The notes below the pieces were generated by a model. It saw nothing but the letters and a program-made list of their open reading frames with translations. It ran no database searches and was not told where the DNA came from. The translations under genes were made by a program, and so were the position numbers. Positions 1-13,901 of a stretch of 41,417 nt of DNA are shown here, piece after piece (position 1 is the stretch's first letter; every line of letters begins with the position of its first letter). This DNA comes from Macrostomum lignano (lineage: Eukaryota), in NCBI GenBank assembly GCA_002269645.1, contig NIVC01004579.1, positions 1 to 41,417 on the forward strand, in the 5' to 3' direction.

Positions 1-3000
1 AAAGTTATAACGCTTCTAGACACGAAAACGAATGCAGCCACAGCATGAACTAACCTTTCATTGAAGCTTCTGCTTTAAGACTTTGATGCTGTGAAGCATT
101 CTGGCATCTAGCATTACTCTCGTAGACTATTAGCTGCTCTCCTGAGTTCGAAGCTGACAGGTCGTTGCAGTCGGCATCGATTGAGTCGACTGCCAATTTA
201 GTCAATGGGTTTCGTTTCTTCTTTTCACTGGAACCTGTGTGGGATTAGCAAAAGATCGATTTCGCATATCTTTAGTGATTTCAAGGACGACAAAATCATT
301 CTTCTCTGCATGTCAGCTCCAGAAGATGCTAGTTTGCTTGCAGCTTTCTGTAGGAGCATTCTACTTTAGTAAAGTGTACCCATTCTAAAATAAGCTGTTT
401 TTAATATGTCCCAACAAGTCTCTGTGCAGTGTGTCATCCGTTTGCCATCAATTTGTTCTGGAGCCCTTTATTAATTGAGTTCTTTAGGTGACTTAACAAA
501 TGCGGAAAAAACTAGACACACACACAGTGGCCCAACACTTCGTGTCCCAATAATTGCTAGGAAAAATGCACTGCAGTGTTTAAGCATCTCCTCTGAGGGG
601 CCCTTGCATGCATAGCTATAGAATCTGCTAAGACCCGATCTGAGAGTTAAAAGTACAAAAAGTTATAACGCTTCTAGACACGAAAACGAATGCAGCCACA
701 GCATGAACTAACCTTTCATTGAAGCTTCTGCTTAAGACTTTGATGCTGTGAAGCATTCTGGCATCTAGCATTACTCTCGTAGACTATTAGCTGCTCTCCT
801 GAGTTCGAAGCTGACAGGTCCGTTGCAGTCGGCATCGATTGAGTCGACTGCCAATTTAGTCAATGGGTTTCGTTTCTTCTTTTCACTGGAACCTGTGGTG
901 GGATTAGCAAAAGATCGATTTCGCATATCTATTTAGTGATTTCAAGGACGACAAAATCATTCTTCTCTGCATGTCAGCTCCAGAAGATGCTAGTTTGCTT
1001 GCAGCTTTCTGTAGGAGCATTCTACTTTAGTAAAGTGTACCCATTCTAAAATAAGCTTTTTAATATGTCCCAACAAGTCTCTGTGCAGTGTGTCATCCGT
1101 TTGCCCATCAATTTGTTCTGGAGCCCTTTATTAATTGAGTTCTTTAGGTGACTTAACAAATGCGGAAAAAACTAGACACACACACAGTGGCCCAACACTT
1201 CGTGTCCCAATAATTGCTAGGAAAAATGCACTGCAGTGTTTAAGCATCTCCTCTGAGGGGCCCTTGCATGCATAGCTATAGAATCTGCTAAGACCCGATC
1301 TGAGAGTTAAAAGTACAAAAAGTTATAACGCTTCTAGACACGAAAACGAATGCAGCCACAGCATGAACTAACCTTTCATTGAAGCTTCTGCTTAAGACTT
1401 TGATGCTGTGAAGCATTCTGGCATCTAGCATTACTCTCGTAGACTATTAGCTGCTCTCCTGAGTTCGAAGCTGACAGGTCCGTTGCAGTCGGCATCGATT
1501 GAGTCGACTGCCAATTTAGTCAATGGGTTTCGTTTCTTCTTTTCACTGGAACCTGTGGTGGGATTAGCAAAAGATCGATTTCGCATATCTTTAGTGATTT
1601 CAAGGACGACAAAATCATTCTTCTCTGCATGTCAGCTCCAGAAGATGCTAGTTTGCTTGCAGCTTTCTGTAGGAGCATTCTACTTTAGTAAAGTGTACCC
1701 ATTCTAAAATAAGCTGTTTTTAATATGTCCCAACAAGTCTCTGTGCAGTGTGTCATCCGTTTGCCCATCAATTTGTTCTGGAGCCCTTTATTAATTGAGT
1801 TCTTTAGGTGACTTAACAAATGCGGAAAAAACTAGACACACACACACAGTGGCCCAACACTTCGTGTCCCAATAATTGCTAGGAAAAATGCACTGCAGTG
1901 TTTAAGCATCTCCTCTGAGGGCCCTTGCATGCATAGCTATAGAATCTGCTAAGACCCGATCTGAGAGTTAAAAGTACAAAAAGTTATAACGCTTCTAGAC
2001 ACGAAAACGAATGCAGCCACAGCATGAACTAACCTTTCATTGAAGCTTCTGCTTAAGACTTTGATGCTGTGAAGCATTCTGGCATCTAGCATTACTCTCG
2101 TAGACTATTAGCTGCTCTCCTGAGTTCGAAGCTGACAGGTCCGTTGCAGTCGGCATCGATTGAGTCGACTGCCAATTTAGTCAATGGGTTTCGTTTCTTC
2201 TTTTCACTGGAACCTGTGGTGGGATTAGCAAAAGATCGATTTCGCATATCTATTTAGTGATTTCAAGGACGACAAAATCATTCTTCTCTGCATGTCAGCT
2301 CCAGAAGATGCTAGTTTGCTTGCAGCTTTCTGTAGGAGCATTCTACTTTAGTAAAGTGTACCCATTCTAAAATAAGCTGTTTTTAATATGTCCCAACAAG
2401 TCTCTGTGCAGTGTGTCATCCGTTTGCCCATCAATTTGTTCTGGAGCCCTTTATTAATTGAGTTCTTTAGGTGACTTAACAAATGCGGAAAAAACTAGAC
2501 ACACACACAGTGGCCCAACACTTCGTGTCCCAATAATTGCTAGGAAAAATGCACTGCAGTGTTTAAGCATCTCCTCTGAGGGGCCCTTGCATGCATAGCT
2601 ATAGAATCTGCTAAGACCCGATCTGAGAGTTAAAAGTACAAAAAGTTATAACGCTTCTAGACACGAAAACGAATGCAGCCACAGCATGAACTAACCTTTC
2701 ATTGAAGCTTCTGCTTAAGACTTTGATGCTGTGAAGCATTCTGGCATCTAGCATTACTCTCGTAGACTATTAGCTGCTCTCCTGAGTTCGAAGCTGACAG
2801 GTCCGTTGCAGTCGGCATCGATTGAGTCGACTGCCAATTTAGTCAATGGGTTTCGTTTCTTCTTTTCACTGGAACCTGTGGTGGGATTAGCAAAAGATCG
2901 ATTTCGCATATCTATTTAGTGATTTCAAGGACGACAAAATCATTCTTCTCTGCATGTCAGCTCCAGAAGATGCTAGTTTGCTTGCAGCTTTCTGTAGGAG

Positions 3001-6000
3001 CATTCTACTTTAGTAAAGTGTACCCATTCTAAAATAAGCTGTTTTTAATATGTCCCAACAAGTCTCTGTGCAGTGTGTCATCCGTTTGCCCATCAATTTG
3101 TTCTGGAGCCCTTTATTAATTGAGTTCTTTAGGTGACTTAACAAATGCGGAAAAAACTAGACACACACACACAGTGGCCCAACACTTCGTGTCCCAATAA
3201 TTGCTAGGAAAAATGCACTGCAGTGTTTAAGCATCTCCTCTGAGGGGCCCTTGCATGCATAGCTATAGAATCTGCTAAGACCCGATCTGAGAGTTAAAAG
3301 TACAAAAAGTTATAACGCTTCTAGACACGAAAACGAATGCAGCCACAGCATGAACTAACCTTTCATTGAAGCTTCTGCTTAAGACTTTGATGCTGTGAAG
3401 CATTCTGGCATCTAGCATTACTCTCGTAGACTATTAGCTGCTCTCCTGAGTTCGAAGCTGACAGGTCCGTTGCAGTCGGCATCGATTGAGTCGACTGCCA
3501 ATTTAGTCAATGGGTTTCGTTTCTTCTTTTCACTGGAACCTGTGGTGGGATTAGCAAAAGATCGATTTCGCATATCTATTTAGTGATTTCAAGGACGACA
3601 AAATCATTCTTCTCTGCATGTCAGCTCCAGAAGATGCTAGTTTGCTTGCAGCTTTCTGTAGGAGCATTCTACTTTAGTAAAGTGTACCCATTCTAAAATA
3701 AGCTGTTTTTAATATGTCCCAACAAGTCTCTGTGCAGTGTGTCATCCGTTTGCCCATCAATTTGTTCTGGAGCCCTTTATTAATTGAGTTCTTTAGGTGA
3801 CTTAACAAATGCGGAAAAAACTAGACACACACACAGTGGCCCAACACTTCGTGTCCCAATAATTGCTAGGAAAAATGCACTGCAGTGTTTAAGCATCTCC
3901 TCTGAGGGGCCCTTGCATGCATAGCTATAGAATCTGCTAAGACCCGATCTGAGAGTTAAAAGTACAAAAAGTTATAACGCTTCTAGACACGAAAACGAAT
4001 GCAGCCACAGCATGAACTAACCTTTCATTGAAGCTTCTGCTTAAGACTTTGATGCTGTGAAGCATTCTGGCATCTAGCATTACTCTCGTAGACTATTAGC
4101 TGCTCTCCTGAGTTCGAAGCTGACAGGTCCGTTGCAGTCGGCATCGATTGAGTCGACTGCCAATTTAGTCAATGGGTTTCGTTTCTTCTTTTCACTGGAA
4201 CCTGTGGTGGGATTAGCAAAAGATCGATTTCGCATATCTATTTAGTGATTTCAAGGACGACAAAATCATTCTTCTCTGCATGTCAGCTCCAGAAGATGCT
4301 AGTTTGCTTGCAGCTTTCTGTAGGAGCATTCTACTTTAGTAAAGTGTACCCATTCTAAAATAAGCTGTTTTTAATATGTCCCAACAAGTCTCTGTGCAGT
4401 GTGTCATCCGTTTGCCCATCAATTTGTTCTGGAGCCCTTTATTAATTGAGTTCTTTAGGTGACTTAACAAATGCGGAAAAAACTAGACACACACACAGTG
4501 GCCCAACACTTCGTGTCCCAATAATTGCTAGGAAAAATGCACTGCAGTGTTTAAGCATCTCCTCTGAGGGGCCCTTGCATGCATAGCTATAGAATCTGCT
4601 AAGACCCGATCTGAGAGTTAAAAGTACAAAAAGTTATAACGCTTCTAGACACGAAAACGAATGCAGCCACAGCATGAACTAACCTTTCATTGAAGCTTCT
4701 GCTTAAGACTTTGATGCTGTGAAGCATTCTGGCATCTAGCATTACTCTCGTAGACTATTAGCTGCTCTCCTGAGTTCGAAGCTGACAGGTCCGTTGCAGT
4801 CGGCATCGATTGAGTCGACTGCCAATTTAGTCAATGGGTTTCGTTTCTTCTTTTCACTGGAACCTGTGGTGGGATTAGCAAAAGATCGATTTCGCATATC
4901 TATTTAGTGATTTCAAGGACGACAAAATCATTCTTCTCTGCATGTCAGCTCCAGAAGATGCTAGTTTGCTTGCAGCTTTCTGTAGGAGCATTCTACTTTA
5001 GTAAAGTGTACCCATTCTAAAATAAGCTGTTTTTAATATGTCCCAACAAGTCTCTGTGCAGTGTGTCATCCGTTTGCCCATCAATTTGTTCTGGAGCCCT
5101 TTATTAATTGAGTTCTTTAGGTGACTTAACAAATGCGGAAAAAACTAGACACACACACAGTGGCCCAACACTTCGTGTCCCAATAATTGCTAGGAAAAAT
5201 GCACTGCAGTGTTTAAGCATCTCCTCTGAGGGGCCCTTGCATGCATAGCTATAGAATCTGCTAAGACCCGATCTGAGAGTTAAAAGTACAAAAAGTTATA
5301 ACGCTTCTAGACACGAAAACGAATGCAGCCACAGCATGAACTAACCTTTCATTGAAGCTTCTGCTTAAGACTTTGATGCTGTGAAGCATTCTGGCATCTA
5401 GCATTACTCTCGTAGACTATTAGCTGCTCTCCTGAGTTCGAAGCTGACAGGTCGTTGCAGTCGGATCGATTGAGTCGACTGCCAATTTAGTCAATGGGTT
5501 TCGTTTCTTCTTTTCACTGGAACCTGTGGTGGGATTAGCAAAAGATCGATTTCGCATATCTATTTAGTGATTTCAAGGACGACAAAATCATTCTTCTCTG
5601 CATGTCAGCTCCAGAAGATGCTAGTTTGCTTGCAGCTTTCTGTAGGAGCATTCTACTTTAGTAAAGTGTACCCATTCTAAAATAAGCTGTTTTTAATATG
5701 TCCCAACAAGTCTCTGTGCAGTGTGTCATCCGTTTGCCCATCAATTTGTTCTGGAGCCCTTTATTAATTGAGTTCTTTAGGTGACTTAACAAATGCGGAA
5801 AAAACTAGACACACACACAGTGGCCCAACACTTCGTGTCCCAATAATTGCTAGGAAAAATGCACTGCAGTGTTTAAGCATCTCCTCTGAGGGGCCCTTGC
5901 ATGCATAGCTATAGAATCTGCTAAGACCCGATCTGAGAGTTAAAAGTACAAAAAGTTATAACGCTTCTAGACACGAAAACGAATGCAGCCACAGCATGAA

Positions 6001-7276
6001 CTAACCTTTCATTGAAGCTTCTGCTTAAGACTTTGATGCTGTGAAGCATTCTGGCATCTAGCATTACTCTCGTAGACTATTAGCTGCTCTCCTGAGTTCG
6101 AAGCTGACAGGTCTGTTGCAGTCGGATCGATTGAGTCGACTGCCAATTTAGTCAATGGGTTTCGTTTCTTCTTTTCACTGGAACCTGTGGTGGGATTAGC
6201 AAAAGATCGATTTCGCATATCTATTTAGTGATTTCAAGGACGACAAAATCATTCTTCTCTGCATGTCAGCTCCAGAAGATGCTAGTTTGCTTGCAGCTTT
6301 CTGTAGGAGCATTCTACTTTAGTAAAGTGTACCCATTCTAAAATAAGCTGTTTTTAATATGTCCCAACAAGTCTCTGTGCAGTGTGTCATCCGTTTGCCC
6401 ATCAATTTGTTCTGGAGCCCTTTATTAATTGAGTTCTTTAGGTGACTTAACAAATGCGGAAAAAACTAGACACACACACAGTGGCCCAACACTTCGTGTC
6501 CCAATAATTGCTAGGAAAAATGCACTGCAGTGTTTAAGCATCTCCTCTGAGGGGCCCTTGCATGCATAGCTATAGAATCTGCTAAGACCCGATCTGAGAG
6601 TTAAAAGTACAAAAAGTTATAACGCTTCTAGACACGAAAACGAATGCAGCCACAGCATGAACTAACCTTTCATTGAAGCTTCTGCTTAAGACTTTGATGC
6701 TGTGAAGCATTCTGGCATCTAGCATTACTCTCGTAGTCTATTAGCTGCTCTCCTGAGTTCGAAGCTGACAGGTCTGTTGCAGTCGGAATCGATTGAGTCG
6801 ACTGCCAATTTAGTCAATGGGTTTCGTTTCTTCTTTTCACTGGAACCTGTGGTGGGATTAGCAAAAGATCGATTTCGCATATCTATTTAGTGATTTCAAG
6901 GACGACAAAATCATTCTTCTCTGCATGTCAGCTCCAGAAGATGCTAGTTTGCTTGCAGCTTTCTGTAGGAGCATTCTACTTTAGTAAAGTGTACCCATTC
7001 TAAAATAAGCTGTTTTTAATATGTCCCAACAAGTCTCTGTGCAGTGTGTCATCCGTTTGCCCATCAATTTGTTCTGGAGCCCTTTATTAATTGAGTTCTT
7101 TAGGTGACTTAACAAATGCGGAAAAAACTACACACACACACAGTGGCCCAACACTTCGTGTCCCAATAATTGCTAGGAAAAATGCACTGCAGTGTTTAAG
7201 CATCTCCTCTGAGGGGCCCTTGCATGCATAGCTATAGAATCTGCTAAGACCCAATCTGAGAGTTAAAAGTACAAAA
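1..7276. repeat. Tandem array of a ~661-bp unit, about 11 copies, truncated by the left window edge
   Basis: AAAGTTATAACGCTTCTAGACACG recurs at ~1, 659, 1319, 1980, 2642, 3305, 3968, 4629, 5292, 5953 and 6612. Copies differ only by scattered 1-2 nt indels/SNPs and by the length of an internal (CA)n. Identity stops at ~7276. Confidence 0.97.
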
Positions 7277-8469
7277 CTTATAATTTTTGTGGTTGGACAC
7301 GTAGGCTATTGAATGTCAATGGATTCAGACGAAATGCAAGTTTTACTCAAAGCTTTTACAGCTTACCGGTTAAAGTCGACGGATCCTTTGGCAATTGCGC
7401 CACATGGCAGTTGATCAAAGGTGATATACCTGAAGTAAAGGTAGGTACTGCTTAGCAGGAGCAGTATTTTTTATAGCATTTAAATATAAATGCTTCTTGT
7501 TTCCGACAAAGTTTTTTAATACCACTTACATGTTTATCGCTGTGCCATTCCATGCTGTTCTTTCCATACCATGGTGACTCGGGTGCCATGGCAGAGGCAG
7601 AGTTGACCATTGATTTCAGCATGGCGAGTACATGCCAATTTTGTTTACCGTACGTTTGCGGGGTGGCGTCAATAATAGACCAAAATAAATGTACACTTAA
7701 CTAGCAAGGGGACTCTGGTAAATTGGAGCCATGTACACAGGGGGTAGGGCTTAGTCCTAACATGTACGGGGTAAGTCCTAATATGAGTGGGCTTTTGTAA
7801 ACGACACTCTAGCACACAGTCCCAACAATTTATAGAATATCGAATGCGCGCAGCAGTCAATAGCATGAGTCCTAACAAGAGTGGGCTGTTGTATTCAACA
7901 CTGCAACACTGTCCTAACAATTTAGTTCGTGTAGAGGACTGATGCCCATCACAGTCAGAAGTACATGTAAGCCCTTGTCATTTCTTTAGGTTTATCTCCA
8001 TCCAGAACCATCCTTTGACAATAAAATACCCTTAAAAGTGTTTTGCTATGCTTTGCTTTGTATGTATTTTAATGTATGCTATGTATTTACGTCTTGAAAC
8101 AAAGACTGCAGCAAATGAATGCGCTTGAAATCTACTATTAGTAAAAATATGAGAAAAAACCAATAAAAATATGCGGGAGCAAATTAGCCATTTCAGTGTC
8201 CCAATAGTGATTTAGTCGAATTTTGTATCATTTTTCCTTATTGGGACGCCAGTTTTTGCTTATTTATTGACACAGCAAGTAAAATTATTAAAAATGAGTT
8301 GCACCATCAAAAAGAGGCTGTCGAGCTGAATCCATAGAGTATTTTTTTGAGCTGCTATTGTAACTTTTTTGGAAGTGTTGGACGGACTTGATGGGACAGT
8401 CCCAACATTTTTTTTGGCCCAACAGTGCGGGTCCCGTTGTACGCGTATGGCCCAACAAATGCCCCGTGC

Positions 8470-8472
<3 letters not shown>

Positions 8473-8523
<51 letters not shown>
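8473..8523. repeat. (CA)n microsatellite
   Basis: Uninterrupted CA run of about 25 units. Confidence 0.98.
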
Positions 8524-8525
<2 letters not shown>

Positions 8526-9117
8526 ACACCGGGTGAGGTTTGTGCAGTACGAGCGTATAAGCCCCACTGTTTTAGGCATTTCTAGCTCACACCAATGTTC
8601 TTCTGTCCCACACTGGCCCAACTGCACTGTATGCAATGCCCTCCCTCAACCCTCGCCCTTCCCGAAGACTGCAGTCATTGGACTTGAAACCATCAGGCCC
8701 CACCAAAGCCTTTCTTGCTTCTCAAATATGCGACTCACCATAATTTCCTAGCAGCGTCCTTCAGGCTTAGCTCTCCCCATTCTCTCTCTCTCTCTCCGTT
8801 CTCTTCCCTTTACTAAGCTCTCTAATTTCTCGTTTTGGGTCGATACATGGTATATATGGTAACCCAGAGCCATGGGGGACAGTGTGTGTATTATAGCTGC
8901 ATGCTTCATGGAGGCAGTCAGTCTCAATGATGCATGCACAAAGCTACAATGTATACAGACCATGAGACGGCTAATTTATAAGTCTAGTCCATACCGCCTG
9001 AATCTTCTGGTCTCATGTTAAGTCGGCCAAGATATAAACCTGTAAATACGCGTGCATGTGTATGAGTAGGGTCGTTGTAGTTCCATTACACCTGATTAGG
9101 AACTGCAAGCATCTACA

Positions 9118-9605
<488 letters not shown>

Positions 9606-10179
9606 TATTTCTTTCTTAGCTTAGCGATCAGTGCCCGAGCGGTAAGACACTGTATTTAGTTATAAAAATCCGGAAAGTTATGGCGCATCAGCTGGGCTGG
9701 GCCAAGGGTGTCCAGTGGTAGACTCCTAACCTTCCTAACACCTTGACCGTTTGCAGTTTCTTTTTAGCGCCTAATGCCTAGTACCTAATGCCTAGCGCCT
9801 AATCTTAGCCGATCACGGCTATGCTCCCGAGTCTTCACGACTTCAATTATATTCGAGTCTATAACTCACGACTTCTGAAGCTGCCCTGAGTCTTCACGAC
9901 TACGATTTTTCCCTAGTGTTTGGTGTCTCAATTTAGTCAGCAGTTTTCCTGAGCTTCCGTCTGCCGCTGGGCGCAGCTCTCCCCATTTTTTGCTCTCTGT
10001 TCCCCTCCGTAATTCCCTCTGCGCTCCTTATTTGCAGCCGCTGGGCAGCAATTGGCCTAGCCTGCTCTTGGTTCGTTCTCTGTGTAGCGGTCACTATAGT
10101 GGCTTCACCATAGCGATATCTGGTTCTGGAATTGGTAATGTGAAAAGCCCCTTTATATATGCTCGTTTTTCACGCCTTC

Positions 10180-11310
10180 AAATATCAGGCGCTTTCAAAT
10201 ATATTTTATCTTCACAAAAAATCGCCTATTATTGAGAGCAATCCTTATACTCGATATTTGTTATTTTGACAGAAAACCCTTTTTGAATCGCATTTTAGAA
10301 GAATCGTTTTGCATCATGCAAGGTCATACGGTATCGGTTTTTTATATTTACCTATTTTAAACTCTTGTCGTTCTGTTGTTAGTCGTTAGTCGTTCGAAAA
10401 TACCGTAAAAATTCCAGGCGCTCTTTCAAATACCTTACTTATACAAATATCGTCTGACAAAGAGTCAGAAAAGAGCTTACTGGAGTAGCCAAAATTTACG
10501 ATGCCATGCGTATACATGCAACAAGGACTTCTAGAATTATAGGTCCTTGTGTTCATGTACAGCTAAAATTATTTACTTTGAACACTGAACATAACAGAGT
10601 AGTACTGTCGAGTCCGCTTCTTTTTCCCACCATCACGTCCTTGAATGGTCCCTTATTGGTGGCGCATTTACATATACTCGCAGAAAAGTATTGCCTGCAA
10701 TACTGCTATTATGCTTTCAATATGACTCATTTTGTCCATTTATTTTTGCAGGAATTTTTGTCCATCGATCACCTTTTGTATTATCTATTTGAATCGCCAT
10801 TAAATCGTTAGACGTTTAAAGCTGGCCTGTTTTGCAGGCTTTCAAATAATATACTTTTACAATAATCACCAAATTGAGCAACCCCTATACTCAATATTTT
10901 TCATTGACAGAATAATGCTTAATTACCTATTTTAAATCGCATTTTAGATGAACCGTTTTTGCATCAAAGCCATACGGTAGCTACCTGTTTTTTATAACTC
11001 CCTACTTAAATACTTGTCGTTCTTCGTTAGCTAGTCGTTATATGTCGTCCGTTAATACCGCAAAAAACCTAGACGCTCTTTCAAATACCATATTTAATAC
11101 AAATTTGTCAATATCTGATTAATTACCTATATATATTACCTATACCTATATACTCATATCACTTACGGGATCAATTGAATTGCTATACATCAAGTTCATA
11201 CAATGCTTGTTTTTTTTATTTCCCACTCAAATACTTTTTGCTTTGTTTGTCGTTAAAGCTCGTTAGAAGCTTCGTCGAAAAATTTAGGCGCTCTTTCAAA
11301 TACTATATTA
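10180..11310. repeat. Degenerate direct duplication (~640-bp period) with recurring GGCGCT(CT)TTCAAATA motif
   Basis: GAGCAATCCTTATACTCGATATTT (~10236) vs GAGCAACCCCTATACTCAATATTT (~10877). The motif variant occurs at ~10187, 10415, 10835, 11071 and 11285. Confidence 0.6.
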
Positions 11311-11668
11311 TTGCAAAACTCGTTTCTTCACTTATCATATAACTAGGTTTTCCTTCTATTTTTGAATTTTTATTACACTGACGTGTACTGGCCAAACAGG
11401 CTTCCTGCCTCAGCCAACTTACTTACTACTACTATCGTAACTCCTGTTCGTCATCATCATATAAAAATAATCAACCTTTTGAATAAATATCAAATACATA
11501 GAATCATATTGGCAAAACAGGCTCTGCCTGAGCCAAACTTACTACTAGTCACTACTTCTAGGCCCCTACTACTAGGCCTACTAAACATTAAAATGAAATT
11601 TTAATTTTACTACTACATTGAGCATTGACAACAATAATGATGATGAAATGTAGTTATAATATCTGGAT

Positions 11669-12627
11669 GGCAGTGCTTATTTAGCCGGCACCGGCCGAAT
11701 AAGTTCGCTACTATTTAGCCGGCACCGGTCAAATAACCTCGTCACTATTTAGCCCGCAGTCCTGCCCCACTGCCGGTCAAATAAGCCCGTCACTATTTAG
11801 CCGGCAGTCCTGCCCCACTGCCAGTCAAATAAGCCCGTCACTATTTAGCCGGCAGTCCTGGCCCCAATGGCCACGCTGGACAAAATACATTTAATACATT
11901 TTATAGCTGCACTGCTTGTCATGAAAGTATACTTAGCAACATTGAAAAGTCCCCACCCTTTGCCCCAGTGAGTATATAGTGTCTTTTCCAATTTTAATAT
12001 TAATGCTTGAAAACAACAATAAAAACCGGGCGGAAGCTTCAATCTTCGCCCGAGGGCCGGTTAGAAACAAGTGAACTTAAATTCCTTGACATGCACATGT
12101 AGCTACTAGCCTTTAGTCATATAGCCTAGGCAAGCAGAGCAAACGACGGCGCATAAACTCATCAAAGGCCTTATTTTACTCCAATACTTTTATATATATA
12201 TCATATATAACACGTAGTGCAGTGGATAGATGTGGGAGGTACAGAATTAGATACATGTAGGAGGTGGAGCTATAAACCTGAAAATCGGAGACGGACACCC
12301 ACCTAGTTGTGGGCCCTGGCCATACTGTACATGTATACTGTTTGTAGCATATGAGAGGGCAAGGATCGCTTGGATGAATGGGTTATAGCTTATTAATTTG
12401 ACCGCGGCAGTGGGGTAGGACTGCTGGCTAAATAGTGACGGGCTTATTTGACCGGCAGTAGGACTGGGGTAGGACTGCCAGCTAAATAGTGACACGCTTA
12501 TTTGACCGGCAATGGGGCAGGACTGCTGGCTAAATAGTGACGCGCTTATTTGACCGGCAATGGGGCAGGACTGCCGGCTAAATAGTGACCCGCTTATTTG
12601 ACCGGTGCCGGCTAAATAAGCACTGCC
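11669..12627. mobile_element. Non-autonomous foldback DNA transposon, Mutator(MULE)-like, 959 bp
   Basis: Terminal GGCAGTGCTTATTTAGCCGGCACCGG and its reverse complement. The ~200-230-bp TIRs are built from 48-bp subunits. Perfect 9-bp TSD TATCTGGAT at 11660-11668 and 12628-12636. No coding capacity. Confidence 0.88.
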
Positions 12628-13483
12628 TATCTGGATAGGCCTACTGATTGTTTTGACACCCAGACCAGACCCAACACAATATTAGGGCATTAAGGCCTAT
12701 AAGACACGAGACTTAGTTCCAAGAAGCCCTAGCATCAAGCAAGTTAGAATAAAAATTCTAACTAATAATTGTTTGATTATCAAAATTTACAAGAAAATGT
12801 TGCTTCTAATTCTATGCCCATTGCCCAGCCCAGTCTAGTTTATAGGCTAAGCATAGTTGAAAAAAGCATATGCAACCGGCGGCCAGGCGGCCAGACTACG
12901 CGACTGGCAGCACCAGTGCAGCCGCACTGAAAACCCCCCCACCAACCTCTGTCTAGCTGAGCTGAGGTGGGGTGGTGGTGCACCGCGCTAGCCGGCTCGC
13001 TAAGCCAAGGCTGGGGGGGGGGGTTGGCATAGCCAATCTCGCCATGCCACATGTGCGCACCTCCCTAAGCCCCTCAATAATCTTGCGCTGTTCTCACTTG
13101 TATAAATATACGCGTAATGCAGTGCAACATCTTTGTTGCCATTCCATCTATTGAAACTAAAAGACCTTCCACCTCATAGGTCTATATCTAAGGTATTTAC
13201 TAGGTCTATGTAGGTGGCTACTAGGCCTAGCTAAGGTGTCAAGACTTAAGTTAAACTGCAAAGTCATGTCTATATGTCACATTGTCACATTATTTTGAAT
13301 TTAGTCATTAGGCCTTGCCTAATTACATCAAGGACTTACATCAAAGATCAAGGCCTATATGGCTAGGGCCTAGCCGCCTAGGACTATTCATGTTATATTA
13401 TTTAGGCCTATACAAATGCTGTCAAATGGTATCTTAGTAGCCTAGATAAATAGCATAAGTATATATAGGCATAACTATATATA

Positions 13484-13697
13484 CAGTCATGCACAAAAGT
13501 AAGTATACCCCAAGCAAAAATAGAGAAAAACGGTTATAATTTCTGAACCGTCAGCTCTATTACGACAAAACTGCATCACAATGATCCTTATTGACTGGCG
13601 CTTATTTTGACACATCAAGCTTTGAAAAACTCTTTGTGGCTAAGGAGCTATGGCCAAAAATGCTCAAACACACCTGTGCAAAAGTAAGTACACCCTG
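13484..13697 (+). repeat. Left TIR of Tc1 element with outer and inner direct repeats
   Basis: Outer GCACAAAAGTAAGTATACCCC and inner GTGCAAAAGTAAGTACACCCT at the two ends of the TIR. Confidence 0.93.
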
Positions 13698-13901
13698 CCC
13701 TTCACTACCAGTATAACCTCCTCTGTGCAAATGCGAGCCACCACAAGTACATTGCCAGCCGCCTCACTGCCTGTTACATCACCAGCGACTTTAGTCCTGC
13801 TCGCCCCTGCCCTCAATCGGCTCAGCTACTGGTTTTCATGCTACTATAAAGCTCATGTGCACTGCAGCTGCTTCGTCATTGACTTGATACACGCCAGGAC
13901 A

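Noticed and set aside
1483-1707. 74-aa plus-strand ORF in the 661-bp unit
   Set aside because: TTG start, open only in a copy with a 2-nt deletion, and no recognisable motif
12025-12075. GC hairpin GGGCGGAAG..CTTCGCCC as a Helitron 3' end
   Set aside because: No CTRR terminus at the expected distance and no matching 5' TC end found
13650-13901. 84-aa N-terminal extension of the transposase
   Set aside because: The ATG at 13650 lies in the left TIR and exists only because of one of the two TIR mismatches (right TIR has GTG). The canonical Tc1 length fits ATG 13902.
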